Part shown: one piece after another, positions 28,965 to 38,490 of the stretch
Layout: each line of letters opens with the position of its first letter
Position numbering within the stretch: the stretch's first letter is position 1
Assembly: GCA_963770565.1 (NCBI GenBank)
Contig: CAVYQE010000006.1
Coordinates: 64,001 to 128,000, forward strand
DNA from: an uncultured Actinomycetota bacterium
GTDB lineage: Bacteria > Actinomycetota > Actinomycetes > JAFAQI01
Reading direction: 5' to 3'
Length of the DNA stretch: 64,000 nt
Notes under the pieces: model-generated
What the model was told of the DNA's origin: nothing
Database searches by the model: none
Seen by the model: the letters and a program-made list of their open reading frames with translations, nothing else
Translations under genes and position numbers: made by a program

Positions 28965-30364
28965 TCAGTTGGTGGGGCGTCGGTAGTGGCGTCGACGGTT
29001 TGTCGAACGAGGTGCCGACTGCGGGCGGGTTGCGACCGGGGCGGCGGGCGGCGGGGTGATGGCTTCGCCGGAGGTCGCTAGGCGTTGGACGGCGGGGTGG
29101 TTGGTGCTGACGTTCGAGCGGTCGGGCTCGATCGAGGCCGCGGTGTGGATTCGGGCGACGTCGGCGGTCTGGTGCGGCTCGACCAGGGAGACGACCGTGC
29201 CGCTCGCGCCGGCGCGGGCGGTGCGGCCGGAGCGGTGCAGGTAGTCCTTGTGGTCGTTCGGCGGGTCGAAGTGCACGACCAGGTCGACGTCGTCGATGTG
29301 CAGGCCGCGGGCGGCGACATCGGTCGCGACCAGAACCCGGTTGCGGCCGCTCGAGAAGCCGTCGAGCGCGCGCTGCCGCTGGCCCTGGTTGAGGTTGCCG
29401 TGGATCGCGGCGGCGTCGACGCCCTGCCGGATGAGCTGCTTGGCGAGCCGGTCGGCGCCGTGCTTGGTACGGACGAAGAACAGCGTCCGCGCCGGGCCGG
29501 CCGGCGATCTGCGCCGCGACGCCGACCTTCTCGTCGTGGGCGAGCACGAAGACCTGGTGGTCCATCAGCTCGATCGACGCGGAGGCCGAGCGCGACGGCG
29601 TGGATCGCCGGGTCGGTGAGGTAGCGCGCGACGAGCTTGTCGACGCCACGGTCGAGGGTGGCGGAGAAGAGCAGGCACTGACGGCCGCTCGGAGTGGTGT
29701 CGAGGATCTTGGTGACGGCGGGCAGGAAGCCGAGGTCGGCCATGTGGTCGGCCTCGTCGATCACCGCGATCTCTACGGCGTCGAGCCGGACCGAGCGTCG
29801 CTCCATCAGGTCCATCAGCCGTCCCGGCGTTGCGACGACGACGTCGACTCCGCGACGGAGCGCCTCGATCTGCTTGCCCATCGACGCGCCGCCGAAGACG
29901 GTCGTGACCCGCAGCCCGAGCACGGTCGAGATCGGCTCGAGCGCGTCGGCGACCTGTCGAGCGAGCTCGCGAGTCGGGACAAGGATCAGGCCGCGCGGCG
30001 CCTGCGGGCGGCGGGCGGACGAGTCGCCGGCGAGGCGGGTGAGCATCGGAAGCCCGAAGGCGAGGGTCTTGCCGGACCCGGTCTGCGCGCGGGCAAGTAC
30101 GTCCCGGCCGGCGAGCGCGTCGGGCAGCGCGCGGGCCTGGATGGCAAACGGCTCCTGGATGCCACGGCGCGCGAGAACGCTGACGACCGCATTCGGCAGT
30201 CCGAGCTGAGCGAAAGTACGGGGCGGCGGCGCGGGCAGCTGCTGCGACGCGGTCAGTGCCGCATCGAGCGCCGACACCGGCGCCGGGCGATCAGGGCGGC
30301 GTACCGCGGGTTTGGCATGCGTCCGATGACGGCGCGCAGGGCGTGAACGAGTAGGGCTGGACAT
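28965..30364 (-). CDS. DEAD-box RNA helicase (frameshifts around 29490-29595)
   Basis: Q motif PFAIQ; AQTGSGKT; PTRELA; TPGRL; DEAD; SAT; ATDVAARG; HRSGRTARAG. Confidence 0.88.
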
Positions 30365-30580
30365 GGTGACTCCAGGTGACACAAGGCCGCGAAACTGCGA
30401 GAAAGCCGGCCCGGTGAAGGAGCAACTTACGTCTGCGACCACACGGGCGGCTCGCCCGCGGGAGGCGCGGCTAAGCGCCGCGATGACCCCAGGCTAGCAG
30501 GGGCGCCGTTAATCCGGTGCCGGTCAGCTGCCCGCGGTGCCATACTCCGTCGGCCCGATTCGTCAAAGGAGGTGACAGCC

Positions 30581-31051
30581 ATGAAGCTGGCAGAGGCACT
30601 CGCGCTACGGTCCGACGCGGTCAAGCGGGTCGAGCAGCTGCGTGCGCGGGTGCAGACGAACGCGCGCTACCAGGAGGGGGAGGAGCCGACCGAGGATGCC
30701 AACGCGCTGCTTGCGGAGGCCGACCGGGGGCTCGACGAGCTCGAGGCCCTGATCCGGCGGGTCAACCGCACCAACGCGACGACGAACGTCGAGGACGGGC
30801 TGACGCTCACCGATGCGCTCGCACGTCGCGACGTACTGCGGCTGCGGCACGCGTTCTGGACCCGTGCGGCGGACGCCGCGTCCGGCCGCGAGTCGGGTGG
30901 CGGACACCGGCAGCTTCGTTCCGAGCTGCGAACGCTTCCGGCACTCCCGGTTCGGGAGCTTCGTGCGACCGTCGACGACCTCGCTCGCGAACACCGTGAG
31001 CTGGACGTCAAGATCCAGCGGGCCAACTGGGAGGCAGATCTCCTCGACTGA
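30581..31051 (+). CDS. DIP1984-family coiled-coil protein (often annotated septicolysin-like)
   Basis: AAGGAGG RBS; MKLAEALALRSD..L..R...NARYQEGEEP.ED..LI.R.N.TN..TLTDALARRD.L..RSEL..RELD.KIQ.ANW..DL. Confidence 0.85.
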   Translation: MKLAEALALRSDAVKRVEQLRARVQTNARYQEGEEPTEDANALLAEADRGLDELEALIRRVNRTNATTNVEDGLTLTDALARRDVLRLRHAFWTRAADAASGRESGGGHRQLRSELRTLPALPVRELRATVDDLAREHRELDVKIQRANWEADLLD

Positions 31052-31292
31052 GCGGTGACGACCACATGAGTCGGTAGCCGTCGAACGCGAAGCGAACACC
31101 AGCCGCACTGCGCCGGCGGCCAAATCACGGCGCAACCTGGCGCGCGATGGGCAGCGCAATCGGTTCAACTCCGGACCCACAGGGCAGCCCAGTACGGCGA
31201 ACCGGGGACAGGGCAAGGCGCACCACGCACTACCTGGTGTTGATCTCGATCGACGGTGAGGGTGGGTTTGGGGACCTGGTCCGTCACCGCTC
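31050..31292 (+). ncRNA. Candidate structured ncRNA directly downstream of the DIP1984 gene
   Basis: Nested helices 31050-64/31277-92, 31078-84/31250-56 and 31095-102/31234-41; hairpin 31109-15/31128-34; T-arm-like TCGG-TTCAACT-CCGG at 31160-74. Confidence 0.65.
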
Positions 31293-31405
31293 GTGAGGGC
31301 CGCTTCCAGCGCGCCCGCGGCTAGACGCAGAAGTGTTTGGGCTTCTTGAAGTGGGTGAGGGCGCCGCCCACGGTTTGATTGATGCGCACGGCTGGCTGGG
31401 GTTGG

Positions 31406-33190
31406 TCAGGCGCCGTCGGTCGCGATCGGGGCGAGCGCGGTTGTGAGCAACGGCAGGACATCGTGCCAGTCGGCGACGATGCCGAGGTCGGCGTGGTCGA
31501 AGACCGGTGCGCTCGGGTCGTTGTTGATCGTGAGGACACGGGTCGCGTTGCGAACGCCGATCATGTGGTTCGGCTTGCCGGCGATCCCGATCGCGATGTA
31601 GAGCCGCGGCGAGATGTGCCGGCCGGTGATGCCGACCTGGCGCGAGTGCGGCAGCCAGCCCTTGTCGGTCACCCGGCGGCTCGCGGCGAGCTCAGCGCCG
31701 AGCGCGACCCGCAGCGGCTCGAGCAGCGCGTACTCCTCAGGCGGCACCCCGGTGCCGACGCCGATCACGACGTCGGCGATCGCGATCAGGTCGGGGTCGT
31801 CATCCTCGGTTTCATTTAGGACCTGCACCGGCGCGGATGCGGGTACGTCGATGCGCTGCTCGGCGATCTCTCTTGCTGACCGTGGGTCGGGCAGGGTCAT
31901 CACGCCGTGCCGCACGGTCGCGGCCTGGATGTCGCTGCGGCAGCGGATCGCGGCCAGCATGCTGCCGCCGAACGCCGGCTTCCACGCGACCAGCCGGCCG
32001 TCGACCACCTCGAGCCCGGTCGCGTCGCCGGTCAGGCCGAGGTCGAGCCGGGCCGCGACCCGGGCCAGGATCTCGCGGCCCCACAACGTGGCCGGGCCGA
32101 GCAACGCCCACGGCCGCTCGGTCCCCAGCCAGCCGGCCAGCGCGGTCGCCAGGTCCTGCGGGATCGCCGATCCGGCCAGCCGCACCAGGCAATCGGCGCC
32201 CCAGGTCGAGGCGGTCTCGGCATCGAGCCCGTCGCCGACCGTGACCGCGACGACCGAGCCGCCGGCGCCGACCAGGGCGGCCGCTTCGCCGAGCAGCTCG
32301 CGCGCGTTGCGGTCGCGCCCCGGCTCGACCAGTACGGCGATCGAGCCGCCGTCCGGCGCTCGGTCGCGCGTCGCCGATGTGGTCGCGGAGTCCGACCGCG
32401 CGTCATCGGACCAGAGATCGCCGAGCGTGTCGACCGCCTGCGAGACCTGCTCCTCGACGGTGCCGGTCAGCCGCAGTCCGGCGCGCGTGGTCGGGTGTAC
32501 CCGGACCTCGCCGACCGTCGTGCGGCTCGCGGCATCGCCCCATGGCCCGCCGCCGAGATCGGCCGCGGTGACCACGCGAATCCGCTCGGCGGCGACCTCG
32601 GCCCGCGCCGGCGGCGGCATCTTCGCCGGGTCGCAGAGTCGCTCGGCGCAGGCGATCACTGCGGGCAGCTGTGAAACGGCCTCGCGGTGGCCGGAGTCGT
32701 GCTCGCAGCCGACCTGCACTCCGCCGCCTTCGAGCAGCGACAGCTCTCGGGCCGCGCCGAGGAACGGCCAGCCGAGCAGCTCGGCCACGGCCGGCCCGAC
32801 CTGGCCGGTGTCGGCGTCGAGTGAGTTGCGCCCGACCAGCACGAGGTCGAACCCGCCGAGGTGCTCGATCACCGCGGCGAGTGCTCGCGCGGTCGCCAGC
32901 GTGTCCGAACCGGCGAACTCGGGACCGCTCACCATCACTCCGTCGTCGGTGCCCCACGCAACTGCCTCGCGGAGCACGTCCTCGGCCGCGGGCGGACCGA
33001 GCGTGATCGCCGTACAGGTGCCGCCGGTCTCCCGGGCCAGCTCCACACCCTTGGCGACCGCGCGCCGGCAGTAGGCGCTCATCTCGAGCGGCCCGACGTC
33101 GCGGCGCAGCCGACCGTCCGGGCCCAGCTCGAGGTCTGCCAGGATCGGGATCTGCTTGACCAGCGCGGCTATCCGAATCGTGGCCGGCAC
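31406..33190 (-). CDS. Fused electron transfer flavoprotein beta-alpha (FixA/FixB-like)
   Basis: Beta: LVKQIP, FAGSDTLATA, GRNSLDADTGQVG; alpha: KPAFGG, ASRRVTDKGW..QVGITG..PRLYIAIGIAG..HMIG, INNDPSAPVF. Confidence 0.88.
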   Translation of the reverse strand: MPATIRIAALVKQIPILADLELGPDGRLRRDVGPLEMSAYCRRAVAKGVELARETGGTCTAITLGPPAAEDVLREAVAWGTDDGVMVSGPEFAGSDTLATARALAAVIEHLGGFDLVLVGRNSLDADTGQVGPAVAELLGWPFLGAARELSLLEGGGVQVGCEHDSGHREAVSQLPAVIACAERLCDPAKMPPPARAEVAAERIRVVTAADLGGGPWGDAASRTTVGEVRVHPTTRAGLRLTGTVEEQVSQAVDTLGDLWSDDARSDSATTSATRDRAPDGGSIAVLVEPGRDRNARELLGEAAALVGAGGSVVAVTVGDGLDAETASTWGADCLVRLAGSAIPQDLATALAGWLGTERPWALLGPATLWGREILARVAARLDLGLTGDATGLEVVDGRLVAWKPAFGGSMLAAIRCRSDIQAATVRHGVMTLPDPRSAREIAEQRIDVPASAPVQVLNETEDDDPDLIAIADVVIGVGTGVPPEEYALLEPLRVALGAELAASRRVTDKGWLPHSRQVGITGRHISPRLYIAIGIAGKPNHMIGVRNATRVLTINNDPSAPVFDHADLGIVADWHDVLPLLTTALAPIATDGA

Positions 33191-33192
33191 GC

Positions 33193-33208
33193 AATCAGTA
33201 TACTCAGT
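33193..33208. promoter_or_regulatory. 16-bp palindromic operator, site 1 (AATCAGTATACTCAGT)
   Basis: Between the divergent ETF and SDR genes; matches a motif repeated across the island. Confidence 0.65.
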
Positions 33209-33230
33209 TCCGGAGAGAGGACCACACAAC

Positions 33231-34130
33231 ATGGGGATGCTGGACGGGCGGGTCGCTGCCATCACCGGCGCCGGCCGCGGTCTCGGTCGCGAGCACGCGC
33301 TGCTGTTCGCCGCGGAGGGCGCGAAGGTCGTCGTCAACGATCTCGGCGGTGACATCGGCGGCACCGGCGCCGACGCTACGCCGGCTCAGCAGGTGGTCGA
33401 CGAGATCAAGGCCGCGGGCGGCGAGGCGGTCGCCGACGGCAGCGACATCACGACCGCCGACGGTGCTGACGCACTGGTCGCAAAGGCGGTAGACACGTAC
33501 GGCGACCTGCACGCGCTGGTCAACAACGCCGGCATCCTGCGCGACCGGATGCTCGTCAACATGACCGACGAGGAGTGGGACGAGGTCATGCGGGTGCACC
33601 TGCGCGGGCACTTCATGCCCACCCGCGCGGCGGCGCGGCACTGGCGCGAGCGGTCGCAGGCGGGCGAGCAGCCGAACGCGTCGCTGACCAACACCTCGTC
33701 GACGTCCGGGCTGTTCGGCAACGTCGGGCAATCCAACTACGGCGCGGCGAAGTCGGGGATCGCGTCGTTCACCCAGATCTGCCAGATGGAGCTGCAGAAG
33801 TACGGCGTGCGCTGCAACGCGATCGCGCCGGTCGCACGCACCCGCCTCACCCTGGCGACACCGGGCCTCGGCGACCGGATCCAGCCGAAAGAGGGCGAGT
33901 TCGACCGGTACGACCCGGCCAACGTCTCGCCGTTCGTCGCCTACCTCGCGACCGCCGGCTGCCGGATCGCGGGCAAGGTCTTCTTCGTGCAGGGCAACGG
34001 CGTCCACCTGTTCCAGCCGTGGTCGGTCGTCGACCGGATCACCACCGACGGCCGCTGGACCGTCGAGGGCCTCGCCGAGGCCGCCGACCACTGGGCCGAC
34101 GTCGAGTTCGACCTCGGCAAGCCGTACTGA
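33231..34130 (+). CDS. SDR-family oxidoreductase
   Basis: TGAGRGLG; NNAGILRD; YGAAK. Confidence 0.9.
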   Translation: MGMLDGRVAAITGAGRGLGREHALLFAAEGAKVVVNDLGGDIGGTGADATPAQQVVDEIKAAGGEAVADGSDITTADGADALVAKAVDTYGDLHALVNNAGILRDRMLVNMTDEEWDEVMRVHLRGHFMPTRAAARHWRERSQAGEQPNASLTNTSSTSGLFGNVGQSNYGAAKSGIASFTQICQMELQKYGVRCNAIAPVARTRLTLATPGLGDRIQPKEGEFDRYDPANVSPFVAYLATAGCRIAGKVFFVQGNGVHLFQPWSVVDRITTDGRWTVEGLAEAADHWADVEFDLGKPY

Positions 34131-34144
34131 GCGAGAATCACCCT

Positions 34145-35245
34145 GTGAACCTGATCCTCGACGAGGAGCACAAGGCGTTCCGGCGCTCGGTGCGCTCGTT
34201 CGTCGAGGCGAAGTCGCCCTCGGCCGAGGTACGCCGGCTGATCGACTCGCCGACCGGCTACGACGACGCGACCTGGCGGCAGATGTCCGACCAGCTTGGC
34301 CTGCCCGCGCTCGCGATCCCCGAGCAGTACGGCGGGGGCGGTGGCGGGATGCTCGAGGTCGCGATCGTGATGGCCGAGCTTGGCCGCTCGCTGCTGACCA
34401 CTCCTTATCTCTCTACTGCTGTCATCGCGCCGGCGTTGTTGCTGGCGGGCGACGTCGATGCGACCGCGAGCGACCTGCTGAAGCGGATCGCCGAGGGCGC
34501 GGTGACGGTCGCGGTCGCGCTGGCAACTGACGGCGACGCGGGGGTATCGGTGTCGGCCGTGTCGGACGGCGATGGCTGGGCGCTCAGCGGCCAGGCGGAG
34601 TTCGTGATCGACGGCGCGCAGGCCGAGGTGCTGCTGGTGCCGGCGAGCACGGCTGACGGCGTTCGTCTGTTCAGCGTGGCCGGTGACGCGCCTGGCGTGA
34701 CGCGTACTGCGCTCGAGACGCTCGACGGCACTCGGCGGCAGGCGGTCGTCGAGCTCGATGCCGCTACGGGCTCCGCGATCGGCGGGGTGGATGACGCCGC
34801 CTTGGCACATGCTGCGGACATCGCCGCGATCGCAATCGCGGCCGAGCAGCTCGGCGGCGCGGAGCGGTGCCTGGAGATGGCGACCGAGTACGCGAAGCTG
34901 CGCCAGCAGTTCGGCCGCGCGATCGGCAGCTTCCAGGCGGTCAAGCACATGTGCGCGGACATGCTGATCGAGGTGGAGAGCGCGCGCTCGACCGTGCTCT
35001 ACGCGGCGTGGGTCGCCGACCACGAGCCGGAGTCGCTGTCCGAGGCGGCGAGCCTCGCGAAGGCCCGTGCATCGGACGCGTTCACCACGGTCGCCGCGAC
35101 CAACATCCAGGTGCACGGCGGGATCGGCTTCACCTGGGAGCACGACGCACACCTCTACTACCGGCGCGCGAACTCGACCGCGCAGCTGTTCGGCGACGCG
35201 CGTCGGCATCGCCGCCGCCTCGCCGAGACCCTGGGGCTGATGTGA
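34145..35245 (+). CDS. Acyl-CoA dehydrogenase family protein
   Basis: IPEQYGGGG; YAKLRQQFGRAIGSFQAVKH; QVHGGIGFTWEH. Confidence 0.9.
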   Translation: MNLILDEEHKAFRRSVRSFVEAKSPSAEVRRLIDSPTGYDDATWRQMSDQLGLPALAIPEQYGGGGGGMLEVAIVMAELGRSLLTTPYLSTAVIAPALLLAGDVDATASDLLKRIAEGAVTVAVALATDGDAGVSVSAVSDGDGWALSGQAEFVIDGAQAEVLLVPASTADGVRLFSVAGDAPGVTRTALETLDGTRRQAVVELDAATGSAIGGVDDAALAHAADIAAIAIAAEQLGGAERCLEMATEYAKLRQQFGRAIGSFQAVKHMCADMLIEVESARSTVLYAAWVADHEPESLSEAASLAKARASDAFTTVAATNIQVHGGIGFTWEHDAHLYYRRANSTAQLFGDARRHRRRLAETLGLM

Positions 35246-36471
35246 GCGCCATTCCTTTGGATGCGTTCCGGGAGCGGGTACGTGACTGGCTCGCCGCCGA
35301 GGCGCCGGCGCGCGGTTGGGGCCGCGACGAGTCGCGCAGCGCGTCCGCCGTACGTCCGAAAGCCGGCGACGCCGACGCGATCACCCGCTACCTCGCCCGC
35401 GCCCGCGAGTGCCAGCAGGCGTTGTACGACGCGGGGTTCGCGGGGATCAGCTGGCCGACCGAGTACGGCGGGCAGGGGCTGACCAACCGCGAGCAGGTCG
35501 TGTTCAACGAGGAGAGCCAGGACTACGACCTGCCGCTGATCCCGTACACGATCGGGCTCGGCATGTGCGGGCCGACCGTGCTAGCGGTCGGGACCGACGC
35601 GCAGAAGGAGCGGCACATCCGGCCGATGCTGCGCGGCGAGGAGATCTGGTGCCAGATGTTCTCCGAGCCGGGCGCGGGCTCCGACGTGGCCGGACTGTCG
35701 ACGAGGGCCGAGCGCGATGACGACGGCTGGCGGATCAACGGGCAGAAGGTATGGACGTCCGGCGCGCACTACTGCAAGTGGGGCATGCTCCTCGCGCGCA
35801 CCAACGTCGACGTGCCGAAGCATCGCGGGCTGACCATGTTCATCGTCGACATGGAGGCGCCGGGTGTGACGGTGCGGCCGCTGCGGCAGATGAACGGCTC
35901 GTCCGGCTTCAACGAGGTGTTCTTCGACGACCTGGTCGTGCCGGTCGACGCGGTGCTCGGCGGGGTCGACGACGGCTGGCGGACGTCGCTCGTCACGTTG
36001 ATGAACGAGCGCGTTGCGATCGGCGCCGGCCGGCCGACCGGCGAGATCCCGACCGCGGCCGCGCTGGCCGAGCTGGCGACCCGGCGCGGGTTGGCGTCCG
36101 ACGGCGACCTGGCCGACTCGATCGCCGGGGTCTACGTGCGGGAGCGGGTGCTCGGCCTGCTCAGCAACCGGATCAACGCGGCGATCCTGCAGGACAGGGC
36201 GCCCGGGCCGGAAGGCTCGGTCGCCAAGCTGGTCGCAACCGACCTCGCCCGCCGAGCTGCGGCGCTCGCCGTACAGATCGCCGGCCCGGCCGCGCAGGCG
36301 TGGTCGGCCGACGACCTGAGCGGAGATCACTGGGCCGCGGTGCTGCTGATGACGCCCGGCCTCTCGATCGCCGGCGGCACCGACGAGATCATGCGCAACA
36401 TCCTCGGCGAACGAGTTCTCGGCCTCCCCAAGGAACCCCGCCTCGACACCGGCCCGGTCAACCGCCACTGA
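35242..36471 (+). CDS. Acyl-CoA dehydrogenase family protein (likely heteromer partner of the upstream gene)
   Basis: WPTEYGGQG; WCQMFSEPGAGSD; NGQKVWTS; FNEVFF; IAGGTDEIMRN. Confidence 0.9.
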   Translation: MSAIPLDAFRERVRDWLAAEAPARGWGRDESRSASAVRPKAGDADAITRYLARARECQQALYDAGFAGISWPTEYGGQGLTNREQVVFNEESQDYDLPLIPYTIGLGMCGPTVLAVGTDAQKERHIRPMLRGEEIWCQMFSEPGAGSDVAGLSTRAERDDDGWRINGQKVWTSGAHYCKWGMLLARTNVDVPKHRGLTMFIVDMEAPGVTVRPLRQMNGSSGFNEVFFDDLVVPVDAVLGGVDDGWRTSLVTLMNERVAIGAGRPTGEIPTAAALAELATRRGLASDGDLADSIAGVYVRERVLGLLSNRINAAILQDRAPGPEGSVAKLVATDLARRAAALAVQIAGPAAQAWSADDLSGDHWAAVLLMTPGLSIAGGTDEIMRNILGERVLGLPKEPRLDTGPVNRH

Positions 36472-36714
36472 TCTTCGCCTGCGCGACCGTTTTTCGCCCG
36501 ACACGCCGTAGAAGTGGTCGCGAGCGCGAAGATCACGAGGACCGGATCTCCCGGTTTCGTCTCGACCCCAGGAAGGCCCCTATGGATAGCAACGGCGCTT
36601 CAGCGGCGGCCAGGGCACAACGATGATCGTTGCCCTGGCCGTCGTGGCGGTCGGAACTCCGGCCACGGTGTTCGCCGCCACCGGCACCTCGGTGTGGATC
36701 ACCTGTGGCATCGG

Positions 36715-36848
36715 TTCGCGGCGGACTGGGCTTGGAGGCGTTCTACGAGCAGCTCGGCTGGCAGGTGACTGGAACCCATCCGGCAGCGCTCCGGCTCGGC
36801 CCCGACGACATCCGGGACGAGGTCTTCATGGCGTTGACGAGCCTCTAG
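36715..36848 (+). pseudogene. C-terminal remnant of a GNAT acetyltransferase
   Basis: RGGLGLEAFYEQLGW..G.HPAALRLGPDDIRDEVFM; no recognisable N-terminus. Confidence 0.45.
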
Positions 36849-36948
36849 CGACTGCGTGATCGGCCTGGCCGACCCCGCGACCGCCCGGTCGTGGCTGGCC
36901 TCCCTCGACCAGTTCTGAAGCAATGTGACATTGCCTTGTGCGCGTTGG

Positions 36949-38418
36949 CTAGGTGATTTCGAAGGACTTTGTCGCCGGGGTCTTGTCCTTGCCGCCGGGC
37001 CCGATGGCTCGAACCCTGAAGGTGTAGCGGGCCGGCTTGAGGCCGTGGTAGGCCTTGGGCGAACGGCAGGACCGGAAGGACGCGTGCTTCGCGGCGGGCT
37101 TCAGCTCGCATTGGAAGCCGGTCACCGCTCCGGATGCCGAGAACCTGACGATGACGCTTGATGACCCGACGGTGAGCTTCGTGATCCGCGTCTTTGGCGC
37201 CCGGGCCCGTTCATACGCACCGATGTCGCACTTCTTGCCCTGTGGCCGGTGGACGCCGCGCTGATCGGTCGATGGGCAGCGGCCGTGACCCGCCGGGATG
37301 TGATTGATCGCGGGGCTGTTAGCAGCGAGCGCGAGCGTCTTGGTGGGCCCACCGTTGTCGCGCAGCGCGCCGAGGTCCGGCTTCTTACCCTGCAGATCAC
37401 CGGTCGAGCCGAAGCCGCAGTCCGTTCCGCTCTCGAGGTTGTAGCCCAGCGAGTGGATCCCGGCGCTTCCGTCGCAGTTGGTGTGGGTGGTGACGCCGGC
37501 CGCGACTTCGACGTTGTCGGACACGATCGAGCCTTGGATCTCGATCGACCCGTTGCCGTCGGCAATGCCCGCGCCTGGTCCGCGTGGGGCGCCACCCCCC
37601 TCGGCCTTTACGACGTTGCCGGCGATGGTGGAACTGACGATGCGCACGGTGTTGGTCGGGTCGTTCCAGCTGAAGACACCACCCACCAGTCGCGCGTTGT
37701 TGCCCGTGATGGTCGAGTTCTCGATGAGGAGGTGGCCCGGAAGATCCGGTGTCGGGCCGCTTGCCGGAGCCCCGAAGTTCTGGATGCCGCCGGAGTCACC
37801 GCCACCGCAGCCGGCCTGATTGCCCGATATCAGCGTGCGCTCGATCTCCATCGTCCCGCCGTAGTTCGTGACCCCGGCGCCTGAGCACGCGAATCCGTTG
37901 GTGATCCAGTCACCGATCAGGTTGAGGTAGCCGGTGCTCAACACGTCGCCACCGAAGGCGCCGTTGGAGGTGTTGGCGGTCCCGCCGGTGATGGTGACCC
38001 CCTCGATCGTGACGATCGGCGTGAGCTCTCCGGCGATGGCATGGATGTCGAACACCCGATCGCCCAACGAGGTCCGGCTGGTCGGGACCGGCATCGCGAT
38101 GGTGGTCTTGTTCGCGCCGGCACCCACGATTGTCATGCTCTTATTGATGACGAGGGCGCCTATCACGGTGTTGAGGACGTACTTGCCGGCGGGCAGCTTG
38201 ATGGTGTCCGGTGGGTTCGGGGTGGCCTCGGCGGTAGCGATCAGCTGGCGCAACGAACATGGTCCCCCCGAACAGGCTGATCCCGTGTTGTCGCTCGTCG
38301 TCCCCACCGTGTAGGTGGTGGCCAGCGCTCGGTCAGCCGTGCCGACCAGGAGGCCGGACCAGGCCAGCAGCACAACACTGACCGCGCCGATCCTGGCGTT
38401 TGTCGGGCGCCCGATCAC
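36949..38418 (-). CDS. Secreted CSLREA / choice-of-anchor-Q-type beta-helix protein
   Basis: Signal peptide; CSLRQLI; GG-rich repeats; LGALRDNGGPT.T.AL...SPAI; TDQRG..RPQG..CDIGAYE; C-terminal YTFRVRA module. Confidence 0.8.
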   Translation of the reverse strand: MIGRPTNARIGAVSVVLLAWSGLLVGTADRALATTYTVGTTSDNTGSACSGGPCSLRQLIATAEATPNPPDTIKLPAGKYVLNTVIGALVINKSMTIVGAGANKTTIAMPVPTSRTSLGDRVFDIHAIAGELTPIVTIEGVTITGGTANTSNGAFGGDVLSTGYLNLIGDWITNGFACSGAGVTNYGGTMEIERTLISGNQAGCGGGDSGGIQNFGAPASGPTPDLPGHLLIENSTITGNNARLVGGVFSWNDPTNTVRIVSSTIAGNVVKAEGGGAPRGPGAGIADGNGSIEIQGSIVSDNVEVAAGVTTHTNCDGSAGIHSLGYNLESGTDCGFGSTGDLQGKKPDLGALRDNGGPTKTLALAANSPAINHIPAGHGRCPSTDQRGVHRPQGKKCDIGAYERARAPKTRITKLTVGSSSVIVRFSASGAVTGFQCELKPAAKHASFRSCRSPKAYHGLKPARYTFRVRAIGPGGKDKTPATKSFEIT

Positions 38419-38490
38419 GTGAGCCTCCAGCCGGGTGCCGACGCGACACCGCTGCGAGGATTCTAGGCAATCGCTCGGCGGTGCGAACCC

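Noticed and set aside
31049-31069. UGA read-through or selenocysteine recoding via the stem after the DIP1984 stop
   Set aside because: Another in-frame TGA follows after five sense codons, and the protein already ends where the family ends
31140-31200. tRNA gene suggested by GGTTCAACTCC
   Set aside because: No D-arm, anticodon arm or 7-bp acceptor stem in register; kept as a T-arm within a larger structure
1-38418. A linked system formed by the four secreted beta-rich proteins
   Set aside because: Scattered, different folds, and no shared sorting or regulatory motif visible
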